IMG/VR virus record: IMGVR_UViG_3300023084_000010
Span: 1 to 64,000 of that record
DNA: 64,000 nucleotides
Strand: one strand, 5' to 3'
Source of the DNA: a virus
Part shown: positions 35,890 to 45,980 of the stretch, one piece after another
Numbering within the stretch: the stretch's first letter is position 1
Layout of the letters: every line of letters begins with the position of its first letter
Translations under genes and position numbers: made by a program
The notes under the pieces: model-generated
The model's input: only the letters and a program-made list of their open reading frames with translations
Database searches by the model: none
Told to the model about the DNA's origin: nothing

Positions 35890-36657
35890 TTATTCCTCTA
35901 AGAAAAAGTTCTCAATTTTAATGTAAGGAGTGCTATTATCAATATTGTGCAATATTTTGCTGGTTACTACATTAATAGTAGTGCCATTTTTAATACGTTT
36001 TTCAAACATAGGCAAAAATGCATTGTGTTTAGTATGTACCCATACCTTAACTGCACCATATTCACTTGCACAAATATACCATCTAATTTCTTTATGTGTA
36101 TATTCATATACACTACGTACAAATAGTTTTCTATTATCGTAGTCTGCAGGGTTTTTTAGTTTTTTGTGTACATCATTTGTAAAGTAACTGATGTAATTGT
36201 TAAATGGAACAGTACCTAGTATACGACTTGCATCTTCTTCTAGTGTTTTAATGTTTGTATTTTCATTTAACTGTTGAACTGTTGTGTCTACATTAAATTG
36301 TAGTTCTAGCCAACGTGCAAGTCCTATATAACTGTTAATGTCGTCTTGTCTAGTGCGATGCCCCCAGGAGTTTCTGTCATTGTATGATTTATTTTCGATA
36401 AAACGTTGTAGTGTACTTCTAAAACTTGTTAAGGATTCTCCTGTAAGTTTAGCACTAATAAACATTGTACGATAGTAGTCCCAAATAGCAGTAGCCTTTT
36501 CCATACTAATTTGAGGATTGGCTAACATAAAAATATCAAAGTTTGTAGTTTTATTTGGAATACACTGAAATTTATGTTCTTCTCCATTTAGATAGAATGT
36601 TTGAATTTTATCGTCTTCTTGTTCACGAACTAAATTATAATCGCTTTCGTAATCCAT
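35890..36657 (-). CDS. hypothetical protein
   Basis: 255-aa ORF, TAATG-coupled to uvdE. Confidence 0.7.
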   Translation of the reverse strand: MDYESDYNLVREQEDDKIQTFYLNGEEHKFQCIPNKTTNFDIFMLANPQISMEKATAIWDYYRTMFISAKLTGESLTSFRSTLQRFIENKSYNDRNSWGHRTRQDDINSYIGLARWLELQFNVDTTVQQLNENTNIKTLEEDASRILGTVPFNNYISYFTNDVHKKLKNPADYDNRKLFVRSVYEYTHKEIRWYICASEYGAVKVWVHTKHNAFLPMFEKRIKNGTTINVVTSKILHNIDNSTPYIKIENFFLEE

Positions 36658-37703
36658 TATGCTGCCTTACTTGTAAATGGGTCTTTTTGCATTAAGTAGT
36701 GCTGATACAATTGTGCACTAGCTAAGTTTTTATTTTTTGCTTCTACCATGATATCAAAGTCTTCCCAAAAGCTCAACGCCCAGTCGTTGCAGGCGCTGTT
36801 CCAACACATATCACTGTGTGCTCTTAGTTTGGCTTTTTTGTATCCTTGTTCAAGTAGTGAGTCCATGTCTGGTCGTACACTCGGTCTAGCAGTTTCCAAT
36901 AAAGATTCACGGCTAAGACTGTAATGCATAGTAGGACGGACACCCCGCCAACTATCGATAATACGGTTAATGCGAACATCATCTCGTGCAATATATTCTC
37001 CTGTACGCACCCAATGGTGATGTATATCTATCACTAGTGCTACATGTTTACTTAGCTCGAGTATAGATTCGAGTCCCCACGCATTTTCTTCGTTTTCAAT
37101 GGTAATTGTGTTTCGTGCTTCTGTAGAGAGTCTTGGAAGGATGTCTTTGATACCTTCTGGACCTTTTCTGCCGGCGATGTGGACGTTACATTTGAAGTCT
37201 TGCCATGTCTGACCATAGCCCATCCACCTGATGATATCCGCATGATATTCAAACTCCTCTAAACTACGTTCTACAACATCCGGATTATCGGAAGCAAGAA
37301 CGGTAAACTGACCAGGGTGCATAGACAAGCGTACATCAAACTCACGTGCAATGTCGCCAATTGCTTTGTACGCTCGCTCGAGCCTTGTTCTGAGATCTGG
37401 TTGCCGATAGAAATAAGACCAATCACTGTGAGTATAAGCAGGAAGAAGACCGCTTCCAATACGAACCATACGTAACTGGGGTGGTAAAGATCCAACATAT
37501 CTAATTAGCCTTTCCAGTGCACTGATGTTGTGCTCTATAATCTCGTATAAACGTTGTTCTGCTACATCACGTGTTTGATTGTTAAGCCATGTAATAGTAG
37601 TAGCACGTTCATTAAAAGGACGTTGTATGTCCTCTAGTAATTTCTTTTTAATGCTTTGATCATGATGCAAATACTTACATGCAAAGCCGATACGTTTGAT
37701 CAT
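36657..37703 (-). CDS. uvdE: UV damage endonuclease
   Basis: IGFAC, RLSMHPGQF.VLAS, N.H..G, IEN, D.HHH and RAHSD motifs. Confidence 0.93.
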   Translation of the reverse strand: MIKRIGFACKYLHHDQSIKKKLLEDIQRPFNERATTITWLNNQTRDVAEQRLYEIIEHNISALERLIRYVGSLPPQLRMVRIGSGLLPAYTHSDWSYFYRQPDLRTRLERAYKAIGDIAREFDVRLSMHPGQFTVLASDNPDVVERSLEEFEYHADIIRWMGYGQTWQDFKCNVHIAGRKGPEGIKDILPRLSTEARNTITIENEENAWGLESILELSKHVALVIDIHHHWVRTGEYIARDDVRINRIIDSWRGVRPTMHYSLSRESLLETARPSVRPDMDSLLEQGYKKAKLRAHSDMCWNSACNDWALSFWEDFDIMVEAKNKNLASAQLYQHYLMQKDPFTSKAA

Positions 37704-37734
37704 AATGTTATCTCACTGTTACGTTATCGTATAT

Positions 37735-37763
37735 AATGTAACACGTATATCACATAAAGTCAA
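37735..37763 (-). promoter_or_regulatory. sigma70-type promoter
   Basis: TTGACT-17 nt-TACATT upstream of uvdE. Confidence 0.55.
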
Positions 37764-38317
37764 ACAAATTTGTCTTTATTTTTAATATAATAATCTAATA
37801 ATTCTTTATCTTCAGTCATTCTTCTGCGTCTATATGATTCTGGTAAATCATCCCACGGACGCATAGCAGGATGTGTTTTGTTAACTTGGTCAAAGTTTAA
37901 TCCAAACCTCCAACCTTTATCTTGTTGTTCTGTAATCCATTTGTTATGATTTTGACGTTCCATAGTTAGCATAATTATTTCACGAGCACCATCATCCATT
38001 TGTACATCATACTCAAACGGATGACCGAAGTTTGCCTTAGAGCGATATACATTACTACTTTCAATTTGGAAGTCGTGTTCAGTAACACGCATATATCCTT
38101 CAACAATACGTTCTGCTTCATCTGCAGTAAGATGTCTTACTAACGGAATGATATACAAATAGTCTGTATCTTGCATACCTAACATCAAATTATTAGTATC
38201 GTCGTCTCCTGCCATTATAGCATCAGGGCCGAGCATATCAACAGTATAATACCATTTTTGTATTTGATCTGCAGTTAGTGCGTATGAACTACGTTGAAGG
38301 ATATAAAAATCTTGCAT
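37760..38317 (-). CDS. RyR-domain protein
   Basis: NHNKW......GW.FG......KTHP.M.PWDDLP. Confidence 0.8.
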   Translation of the reverse strand: MQDFYILQRSSYALTADQIQKWYYTVDMLGPDAIMAGDDDTNNLMLGMQDTDYLYIIPLVRHLTADEAERIVEGYMRVTEHDFQIESSNVYRSKANFGHPFEYDVQMDDGAREIIMLTMERQNHNKWITEQQDKGWRFGLNFDQVNKTHPAMRPWDDLPESYRRRRMTEDKELLDYYIKNKDKFV

Positions 38318-38325
38318 GTGTTACC

Positions 38326-38793
38326 TTATTTTTTTGTTTTACTTTTACTTTGAGTAAATGCTTGTCCACCAAAGAATGCAGCAACAATAGCAGCAACTGA
38401 CACAAAGTATGTAGCAGCCATATCGCCTAAAATTTTGCCTGCTTGATCTAAACTAAACGCTACTGCTAGTACTACTGCAAAAGGATATAATAACATACCT
38501 CCTAGTGCAAACCAAGCCATTTTTCTTTGTGCATCACGCATTGCATCTGCATCTTCAAATTCTTTACGTCTGAATTCGAGATACATTGCATGTTCTTCTG
38601 CATCTACTATTCCGTCACCATTTGTATCAGCTTCGTGGAATCCAGTTGGCGCTGTTGATACAGGTGCTGGCGCTCCTACTGGAGCTGGTGCGGCTGCTGG
38701 AGCCGGCTTTGGTGCGGCGGTCGGTGTAGTTGCAGTTGCAGCTTTTCCAGGCCCTCCAGCACTTTTTAATTCTTCGGGTTTTTTTCTTGGCAT
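38326..38793 (-). CDS. EF-hand-containing two-TM membrane protein
   Basis: DTNGDGIVDAEE EF-hand loop followed by two TM helices. Confidence 0.7.
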   Translation of the reverse strand: MPRKKPEELKSAGGPGKAATATTPTAAPKPAPAAAPAPVGAPAPVSTAPTGFHEADTNGDGIVDAEEHAMYLEFRRKEFEDADAMRDAQRKMAWFALGGMLLYPFAVVLAVAFSLDQAGKILGDMAATYFVSVAAIVAAFFGGQAFTQSKSKTKK

Positions 38794-38821
38794 TAAAATT
38801 TCCTCTGTCTATGTCACTCTC

Positions 38822-39148
38822 TTAAAAGTCGAAATCTGCTACTGTAGTAGTACTACAATCGTAATCGTTATCTCCGACTGTTGCACCTAAACTTTGCATT
38901 GCATTTTCTAATGTTGCTGCAGTCCATGTACTATTTTCAACTGCAATTCTAAATGCACCATTGTTTTCTGCACCTACTGCAAGAAGTGTTCCTTCTCTGC
39001 CGATAAGTTCTACAATTGCTTCGACTGCTTCTCCTGGATTTAATTCGTTTGCCAGTGAGCTGCCAGTATTAATACTGTAAAAACTCACAGGAGCACCAAA
39101 GTTTTGTACATCAAACTCTAACACATTTGTTGAATTTCTGGTTACCAT
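38822..39148 (-). CDS. small late/virion protein
   Basis: Late promoter TAAATA at 39173-39178; AGGAG RBS. Confidence 0.65.
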   Translation of the reverse strand: MVTRNSTNVLEFDVQNFGAPVSFYSINTGSSLANELNPGEAVEAIVELIGREGTLLAVGAENNGAFRIAVENSTWTAATLENAMQSLGATVGDNDYDCSTTTVADFDF

Positions 39149-39188
39149 TTCTATAACTCCTTAATATAAGTGTATTTATCTAGCCAAC

Positions 39189-39215
39189 AAAAAAGCCCCG
39201 ACTAGCGAGGCTTTT
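39189..39215 (-). terminator. intrinsic terminator
   Basis: AAAAGCCTCG-CTAGT-CGGGGCTTTTTT on the minus strand. Confidence 0.75.
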
Positions 39216-39238
39216 AAGTTTAAACGTTTTGTTTAATA

Positions 39239-39475
39239 TTAGTCTACGAATGTTACAACTAGTGTTGAGTCAGTAAGTGTTGGTGCAGCACCTGTACCTT
39301 GGATTGCGATATGATCGCCGTTTGCTGTACCTTCAACTGCTGCTACTGTGAAACCTGCTTCTGCTGCTTCTGTGCAAGCTACTGCTACGTTTGTTCCTGT
39401 TGCAACTACAAAAATATGTGTTTGTCCGCCTAGTCCGTTACCTGCACGAACTGCTGCTGTTGATGTTAAAGCCAT
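39239..39475 (-). CDS. small Ala/Thr/Gly-rich late protein (capsid decoration candidate)
   Basis: Own late promoter (39523-39528), RBS and terminator. Confidence 0.7.
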   Translation of the reverse strand: MALTSTAAVRAGNGLGGQTHIFVVATGTNVAVACTEAAEAGFTVAAVEGTANGDHIAIQGTGAAPTLTDSTLVVTFVD

Positions 39476-39548
39476 TTGCTTATCTCCTTGTTTGTGTTAG
39501 CATTCTATTCTGCTTATACATTTATTTATCAAATTAATTTCAAAAATA

Positions 39549-39716
39549 CTAGTTTTCGGCAATAATTTCTACTAATTTTCCAGGTCCTGCTAGTTCTTGT
39601 ACAACTGCTTCTAACTGTGCAAGTGTACTTGAATCAAAAATTTCGCTAGGTTCCTGTGAATCTTTTAGTAGTTCGCTTACTTTAATAACAAACATTGATT
39701 CATTAAGTTTAGCCAT
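39549..39716 (-). CDS. small late protein (55 aa, not in ORF track)
   Basis: MAKLNESMFVIKVSELLKD...LEAVVQELAG; AGGAG RBS; TAAATA at 39742-39747. Confidence 0.7.
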   Translation of the reverse strand: MAKLNESMFVIKVSELLKDSQEPSEIFDSSTLAQLEAVVQELAGPGKLVEIIAEN

Positions 39717-39744
39717 AATACTACTCCTATCATTATAGTAGTAT

Positions 39745-40455
39745 TTATTCTAAATCTTCTATTAGAACTACTTTTGTTGTACTAGTAATAATGTTTTTAA
39801 ACATCAAATGCATTGTGCATACATCGCTATAATCTATAAAGTATACAGATCCTGTAGAACTATACGGAATAAAAGTAGACCAACGTGGTCTTCTAAATGC
39901 ACTACCCGAGCCTACATTTTTATACTGATCTTCTAATGCTTTTAGTCTTGGATACTGTCGTATAGTGCTGTTTATATAATAAGTGTCTGGTTCAAAACTG
40001 CTGGTTACAAAGTCTGCTATGTCAATAAATTGATCCATTTCATCACGAAACTTATACATATGACAACTTACTTTATATCTGTATTTGTTATAAAATAACT
40101 TTTTGCGTACACTTTGTGTTAGGTCTTGTACCATTAGATCTTTATGATCTCGACTTAACGGTCCTTGTATTTCGATAATATCATCGTTGTAATACTTAAT
40201 AACATCCGACAAGGCTTGTTCTTCTTTAAGATATAAATTAAAACAATGATCATTACGTGACTTGTATTCGTGTTCAAGTCTACTCATTTGTCTTTTAATA
40301 TTACTATTACGATGAAATAAATTTAAAAATCCTCCATCGAACATGTCCCATCCCTTGAAACTAACACGGAATGGGAACTCTTTGTACCAGACTTTACTAG
40401 CTATTGTAAATCTAGAATCTGCTTTAAGCTGTTCGTATATGGATTTTGTCATCAA
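39745..40455 (-). CDS. hypothetical protein
   Basis: 236-aa ORF downstream of clpA. Confidence 0.7.
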   Translation of the reverse strand: MMTKSIYEQLKADSRFTIASKVWYKEFPFRVSFKGWDMFDGGFLNLFHRNSNIKRQMSRLEHEYKSRNDHCFNLYLKEEQALSDVIKYYNDDIIEIQGPLSRDHKDLMVQDLTQSVRKKLFYNKYRYKVSCHMYKFRDEMDQFIDIADFVTSSFEPDTYYINSTIRQYPRLKALEDQYKNVGSGSAFRRPRWSTFIPYSSTGSVYFIDYSDVCTMHLMFKNIITSTTKVVLIEDLE

Positions 40456-42655
40456 CTACTTCCAACCTAACAGCCGTAATGTTATCACCGAACAATAGGA
40501 TTTTTGCTAGTGGCTTTTTAATTTGTTCGTTAATCAATCTACCCATAGGTCTTGCACCCATTGTTTCAGTAAATCCATTATTTGTTAGCCAAGTAAGAAC
40601 AGTGTTATTCCAATGTATTGATATATTTCTATCAGTTAACATTGTTCTTAGTTCGTTTAAGAACTTAACAGTAATGTCTCTCATCAGAGTTTTGTCTAGT
40701 TTTGTAAACTGTACAATAGCATCTAGTCTATTGCGGAACTCTGGAGAGAAGAAACGTTTAACTGCTTCTTCACTGGCTGCACTATTGTCATTATCGCCAA
40801 AACCAATTGTATTACGTTCAGCATCACGTGCACCTAAGTTACTAGTCATAATAACAATAGCATTACGAGCACTTACACTTTTGCCTTCACTGTTAGTAAT
40901 CATACCATTGTCCATAAGTTGTAACATTACGTTACTAACATCAGGGTGTGCTTTTTCAATTTCGTCCAGTAGTAGGATACAGTTAGGATTTTCTTCAAGT
41001 TTGTTGACTAGTAAGCCACCTCCTTGACCACCTTCACCGTATCCTACATACCCTGGGGGAGCACCGATAAGTTTAGCAACTGTGTGACGTTCTTGGTATT
41101 CACTCATATCAAAACGTACAAGCGGCATACTCATTGCATCACTTAATTGTTTTGCTGTTTCAGTTTTACCAACACCTGTAGGGCCTGTAAACAAATAACA
41201 GCCGATTGGTTTACTAGGATCTTTCAGTCCAGCTTTAGCAATATAAATGCTATCTGCAAGTCTAGTAATAGCTTCGTCTTGACCAAATACTTTCTTTTTA
41301 ACAACTGCCTCAATGTCTACAGGCTTCTCCTGTTTGTACTCACTGTCTTTTGTAAGTACTAGCTGGTCTACAGGAATACGTGTCATCTTAGCAACTTCAT
41401 AACGAATATCATCTAAGTCTAGTACACTTTTACGCATCTCTGCTGGCTGTAACCGCTGACGTGCAGCCGCTGCATCCAATACATCAAATGCCTTGTCTGG
41501 CAAGTGTTTGTTGTGCCAGTATTGATGTGTCAAGTCTACTGCACCATGTAGTGCTTCTTTTGTATATGCTAGTTCGTGGAATAGTTCATACACTGGAATA
41601 CTTGCTTCGATAATTCTCTTAGCATCAGCAGGGCTTGGTTCTGGAACATCGACTTTATAAAAGCGACGATTAAGTGCTTTATCTTTTTCAAAGTGTTCTC
41701 TGTATTCTTCGTATGTTGTCGAACCAATACAACGTAAGTTACCTTTTTGCAGTGCTGGCTTCAACAAGTTAGCAACATCCATTGCACCTTGTCCTGCGCT
41801 ACCTGCACCCATAATCATGTGAATTTCGTCGATAAACAAGATAGCATCATCACGCTTTTCTAAAATGTTTAATACATCTTTAAGACGTTCTTCAAAGTCA
41901 CCTCTAAACTTAGTGCCTGCAAGTAGTGCACCAATATCTAAACTATAAATTGTATTGTCTTTAATAACTTCTGGAACTCTGTCTTCGTTAATTAAATGTG
42001 CTAAACCTTCTGCAATAGCAGTTTTACCAACGCCTGATTCACCTACAAGTATAACATTGTTCTTTTTACGACGAGCAATAGTTTGTACTAGTTTTTCTAG
42101 TTCATCTTCACGTCCGATCATAGGATCAATAATGCCATCTGCCGCTTGTTCGTTTAAATTGTCGCAGAACTTACGCAGCATACGTTCTGCTTTGGCAGGT
42201 TTTGTTTTTGACTCATCCATATCTTGTTCTTGCACTGCAGGGTTCTGAATAAATTGTACTAATTGTTCTCTGCTAATATCAAACTGTTTTAACAAATGCA
42301 CGGCTGCACTTGTATCTTCTGTTAATATACTAATTAACAAATCTTTAGCATTGATATTTTGTCTGCCGTTGAACAATGCTTGTGTGAATGCACGATTAAA
42401 CACACGCTCTAACATTTGCGTCTTTTTAGGATCTTGTACTTCTGGTAATGGTGTTACTTCTTTTTCTAAGTACTGATAAATTAATGCTTTTAACTGTGCA
42501 GGCTCTTTGCCCAAGTCATATAATATATCTTCAATTTCTTCTTGTTCTAGCAAAATTGCAAGTAGATGTTCTAGTGTAACATATTCGTGTTTATACTCAC
42601 GAGTAAGTTGATATACACGCTCTACTATGTGTTCTATTCTATCATTTTGCGACAT
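40424..42655 (-). CDS. clpA: ATP-dependent Clp protease ATP-binding subunit
   Basis: Clp-N (HEYVTLEHLL), two AAA+ modules (GESGVGKT; GPTGVGKT), IGF loop, no ClpB middle domain. Confidence 0.93.
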   Translation of the reverse strand: MSQNDRIEHIVERVYQLTREYKHEYVTLEHLLAILLEQEEIEDILYDLGKEPAQLKALIYQYLEKEVTPLPEVQDPKKTQMLERVFNRAFTQALFNGRQNINAKDLLISILTEDTSAAVHLLKQFDISREQLVQFIQNPAVQEQDMDESKTKPAKAERMLRKFCDNLNEQAADGIIDPMIGREDELEKLVQTIARRKKNNVILVGESGVGKTAIAEGLAHLINEDRVPEVIKDNTIYSLDIGALLAGTKFRGDFEERLKDVLNILEKRDDAILFIDEIHMIMGAGSAGQGAMDVANLLKPALQKGNLRCIGSTTYEEYREHFEKDKALNRRFYKVDVPEPSPADAKRIIEASIPVYELFHELAYTKEALHGAVDLTHQYWHNKHLPDKAFDVLDAAAARQRLQPAEMRKSVLDLDDIRYEVAKMTRIPVDQLVLTKDSEYKQEKPVDIEAVVKKKVFGQDEAITRLADSIYIAKAGLKDPSKPIGCYLFTGPTGVGKTETAKQLSDAMSMPLVRFDMSEYQERHTVAKLIGAPPGYVGYGEGGQGGGLLVNKLEENPNCILLLDEIEKAHPDVSNVMLQLMDNGMITNSEGKSVSARNAIVIMTSNLGARDAERNTIGFGDNDNSAASEEAVKRFFSPEFRNRLDAIVQFTKLDKTLMRDITVKFLNELRTMLTDRNISIHWNNTVLTWLTNNGFTETMGARPMGRLINEQIKKPLAKILLFGDNITAVRLEVVDDKIHIRTA

Positions 42656-42677
42656 TTAAGTTCCTCTGTTTTTTAAT

Positions 42678-42706
42678 AATATAGTAATTTATTATACTAA
42701 TGTCAA
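42678..42706 (-). promoter_or_regulatory. sigma70-type promoter
   Basis: TTGACA-17 nt-TATATT upstream of clpA. Confidence 0.8.
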
Positions 42707-42712
42707 GGTAAA

Positions 42713-43510
42713 CTACGGTAAATCCTGTAATTTTGTTTGTAAATCTGTCTCTGTAAGTGCTGGTATGTGTACGTTAATTTCTACGAAAAGGTCACCGTTT
42801 GGTTTTTTATTTCTAGGCAAGCCGCCTTCTGGTATACGCAGCCTCGTCTTTGATTGCGTTCCTGGCCTAATATTTAATTTTAGATTACGTCCGTCTAAAG
42901 TGTCTATTATCTTTTCCGTTCCTATCATTGCTTCTCGTATACTAATATTTAACCTTTTTACTAGGTTATGTTCTTCAACTGTAAACTGTGGATGTGGTTT
43001 TACTTGAAATGTAACAAACAAAGATCCAGCAGGCACATCTGGTATAGTATTTTCACCATACTGCGCATACCTAACTTCTGCACCATCTGTTACGCCTGGA
43101 GGCAGTGTAATAGTAACTTGTCTGCCGTGTCCATTGCGAAACTTTAAGTCTAGTATTTTTTTAGATTGATGTATAATATCTTCTAGTGATACTGGTACTG
43201 TGATTCTAGTATCTGCATTTCGTCTGGGTCGTTGTCTAAACTGTGATCCAAACTGTTGTGCAAAAATATCTTCGAAACCTTCAAATGGATTTCTGCTATT
43301 AAAATTAAAACCATTCGGTGCCTGTTGCTGTTGTTGATCAGGACCACCGTTTTTTATAATATCATATGCTTCGTTTACCTGCTTGAATTTAGTTTCATCT
43401 CCGCCTGGTCTATCGGGATGATGTTGTTTTGCTAAACGTCTATATGCTTGTTTGATTTCATCGTCGCTTGATGCTCTAGTAACACCAAGGACTGCCCAAG
43501 GATCATTCAT
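42713..43510 (-). CDS. DnaJ/CbpA-type (class B) co-chaperone
   Basis: J domain with HPD, G/F-rich linker, DnaJ_C; no Zn finger. Confidence 0.92.
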   Translation of the reverse strand: MNDPWAVLGVTRASSDDEIKQAYRRLAKQHHPDRPGGDETKFKQVNEAYDIIKNGGPDQQQQQAPNGFNFNSRNPFEGFEDIFAQQFGSQFRQRPRRNADTRITVPVSLEDIIHQSKKILDLKFRNGHGRQVTITLPPGVTDGAEVRYAQYGENTIPDVPAGSLFVTFQVKPHPQFTVEEHNLVKRLNISIREAMIGTEKIIDTLDGRNLKLNIRPGTQSKTRLRIPEGGLPRNKKPNGDLFVEINVHIPALTETDLQTKLQDLP

Positions 43511-43922
43511 TTACTGATTTGTTATGTTCGTCGATTGCACGTTCTGCAGACTTGTAGTAGTTTTCATATGCTGCAATGATTGCTTGTTGTTGCTGTACCA
43601 TAGCACGTATGTCACTAAAATTTAACCCCAAGTTACCGTAGCCTTCACCTGTTAGTGCATATACTGCAAATGCACCATCGCTGGCTTTTAGTCTAGCAAT
43701 TACTGCTTCTACGTTACCTTCGTTAATTACGACCCATTCTACATCACGCATACGCAGTTGATCTACTGGCGGTAGTGTTAAGTTAGGTTTTTGAATTGGT
43801 TCTGCTTTAATAATTACAGGCGGTTCGACAACAGGCTGACTATTGCCCAGACACCCGCTCAGGGTCATTACCAGGCCAAAGCCAAGGGCACTCTTTATTA
43901 AAAGCGATTTCGTTTTCTGCAT
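43503..43922 (-). CDS. o-spanin-like lipoprotein
   Basis: Lipobox LSG|C, Pro-rich segment; overlaps 3' end of i-spanin gene. Confidence 0.7.
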   Translation of the reverse strand: MQKTKSLLIKSALGFGLVMTLSGCLGNSQPVVEPPVIIKAEPIQKPNLTLPPVDQLRMRDVEWVVINEGNVEAVIARLKASDGAFAVYALTGEGYGNLGLNFSDIRAMVQQQQAIIAAYENYYKSAERAIDEHNKSVNE

Positions 43923-44325
43923 TTAATTCTTCCTCAGTTAACGGGCTTCCACTTAGAATCTCAAAACATCTGCCAGCATTTTCTGTACCTCTGTTTACTG
44001 CACGTTCAATACCTTCTGCATTTGCAATAGCGGCTGCTTCTAAATCAATCTTTTCTAGTTTATCTGCTAGTCTACGATTCTGATTTCTAATAGCAGTATA
44101 TGCTTCTTGTAATGCTGCATTTTCTGCTGCGGCTGCTTCAAAGTCTTTTTGTAATTGCTCCATTGTTTCTTGTTGTGTAGCAATTGCTTGTTCTAGGTTT
44201 GCTTGATTTGCTTTTAGTGTAGCATTGTTTTCTTGTAGTATTTTCATACGTTCTTGGCTGTCATTGTAATACCAATATCCAATGCCGCCCATCATAAGAA
44301 TAACAACTAATAATACTTTGCTCAT
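43840..44325 (-). CDS. i-spanin-like membrane protein
   Basis: N-terminal TM, long coiled coil, C-terminal Cys. Confidence 0.7.
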   Translation of the reverse strand: MSKVLLVVILMMGGIGYWYYNDSQERMKILQENNATLKANQANLEQAIATQQETMEQLQKDFEAAAAENAALQEAYTAIRNQNRRLADKLEKIDLEAAAIANAEGIERAVNRGTENAGRCFEILSGSPLTEEELNAENEIAFNKECPWLWPGNDPERVSGQ

Positions 44326-44543
44326 TACTTGTGCCTAAAAACTATACGACCTTTATCTAAATCGTACGGAGTCATCTCCACATCTACACGATCGTCTTGC
44401 AATATATTAATGTTAAATCTTCTTATCTTACCACTAATAGTCGCAATTATTTGATGACCGTTTTCTAGTTCAACTTTGAATAGTGCATTAGGAAGGCAAT
44501 TAATTACTTTGCCTTGAAATACTAATACGTCTTCTTTTGCCAT
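44325..44543 (-). CDS. infA: translation initiation factor IF-1
   Basis: MAKED...G.V...LPNA.F.V.LENGH...ISGK.R...I.I...[16 protein letters not shown]. Confidence 0.95.
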   Translation of the reverse strand: MAKEDVLVFQGKVINCLPNALFKVELENGHQIIATISGKIRRFNINILQDDRVDVEMTPYDLDKGRIVFRHK

Positions 44544-45016
44544 TACAGCCCCGCTAGTTCCTTTACTCTTGATAGCGATTCGTTTGTTTCTTCGTTATTT
44601 GTATAACGTAACACATACTCTTCCGAATTGTCAAGAACTGTTTCAGCTAAATTTTCGGCTGTAAGATCCGCACTGTCTGTACCTTTATAGTAACTGTATT
44701 TCCATTCTGTAATTGAAGTTGCTTGACTTGCAACTTTTACAATATTCATAATGTTTTCATATAAGTTTCCGTCACGCTCAAACTCAACAAATACCATATA
44801 CTTGCCATCACCGTTTGGACCGTCTGATACATCTACGTCTAAACTTTCAGTAACATCTGTTTCAATCAAGTTACTTAAATCTTTTGCTGGCTGTTCGAAC
44901 GCAACTTCAAATGCTACAACTACAGTTTCGTTTGCTTCACCAATTTTAGGTTTGTATTGGTCAATACTAATTGTAGGAGTCACTAAGTTTGTCATTTCGC
45001 CGTATTTTACTGTCAT
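44543..45016 (-). CDS. hypothetical phage protein
   Basis: 157 aa; ends in RVKELAGL. Confidence 0.7.
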   Translation of the reverse strand: MTVKYGEMTNLVTPTISIDQYKPKIGEANETVVVAFEVAFEQPAKDLSNLIETDVTESLDVDVSDGPNGDGKYMVFVEFERDGNLYENIMNIVKVASQATSITEWKYSYYKGTDSADLTAENLAETVLDNSEEYVLRYTNNEETNESLSRVKELAGL

Positions 45017-45364
45017 TTACTTGTCCTCTGGAGCCATTTGCTTAATTTGTTGATAGGCTTTCTTAACTGTGCTCAGTCCTGATACGTTTCCGTAAGCTGA
45101 TACTGATTTCCACAATTCATTTAATGCACTGTATTTTTCTGGTTCAATACCTGCATTATCCATGTCTTGCATAAGACCACCTAAGATTTCAATTTGTTCG
45201 TCTGTAACTTCGCCTTCGTATTCTTTGGCAGTGTTAAACATATCCATGAGTGCTTCTAGTGCATTTTTTCTAACCGTACCTTGATCATACATGTCATCTG
45301 GGTCAAAGTTTACTTTGCGTTCCTCTATACCAGCTAATTTTTTAATTCTATTTAAATCTGTCAT
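45017..45364 (-). CDS. probable internal head protein
   Basis: N-terminal RIKKLAGIEE motif. Confidence 0.65.
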   Translation of the reverse strand: MTDLNRIKKLAGIEERKVNFDPDDMYDQGTVRKNALEALMDMFNTAKEYEGEVTDEQIEILGGLMQDMDNAGIEPEKYSALNELWKSVSAYGNVSGLSTVKKAYQQIKQMAPEDK

Positions 45365-45903
45365 TCTATATCATCCATAACATCTGTTTTATCTGGTGCA
45401 ATTTCGTTATCATAATCGCTATCATATGCACTGTCAACATCGCTCATATCGATGTCAATGCCGTTAATTGTAACTTTCGAGCTTTCAAATTCATCAACAA
45501 AATCACGTGGCATTTCGATAGTTACCAACCAAACTTTGGTTTTCTTTTTCTTAGGTTTACGTTTGCCTGTTTTAGGATCAGGATCACCTAAGTCTTCTGG
45601 CTTAGTAATTTTAACTGGTTCAATCAATTCATCACGTTTATAAAATACTCTTGCACCGTGTTTAATTAGTCTTAGTGCTGCATCAGGATCTGGCATTAGT
45701 CGTTCCGGATACATCAGTGTTACTGTAATCCAATAGCGTGATACATCAGGACCAGCAATTACTTCACCGTATTCCCAATTTTTGTATGCATACATGTGCA
45801 AACTATCTAATACTTCTTCAAACTCAAGCAGAACACTCAAGTCACTGCTCGAATCGATTAGTTTATCTAATGTGTTTTTTAATTGTTCAATTTCTGTACT
45901 CAT
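45361..45903 (-). CDS. hypothetical late phage protein
   Basis: 180 aa; CTAAATA at 45912-45918 immediately upstream. Confidence 0.75.
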   Translation of the reverse strand: MSTEIEQLKNTLDKLIDSSSDLSVLLEFEEVLDSLHMYAYKNWEYGEVIAGPDVSRYWITVTLMYPERLMPDPDAALRLIKHGARVFYKRDELIEPVKITKPEDLGDPDPKTGKRKPKKKKTKVWLVTIEMPRDFVDEFESSKVTINGIDIDMSDVDSAYDSDYDNEIAPDKTDVMDDIE

Positions 45904-45911
45904 CTTACTAC

Positions 45912-45934
45912 TATTTAGTTCTTTTTAATAAATA
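45912..45934. promoter_or_regulatory. divergent late promoter pair
   Basis: TAAATA on - (45912-45917) and on + (45929-45934). Confidence 0.65.
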
Positions 45935-45980
45935 CTTTTGTAGACACATTGGGCGCAATCAACAAACAATGGAGTACTAC

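Noticed and set aside
45738-45980. N-terminal extension of PhoH in the ORF track
   Set aside because: Overlaps the divergent gene and lies upstream of the promoter and RBS; the true start is most likely 45981.
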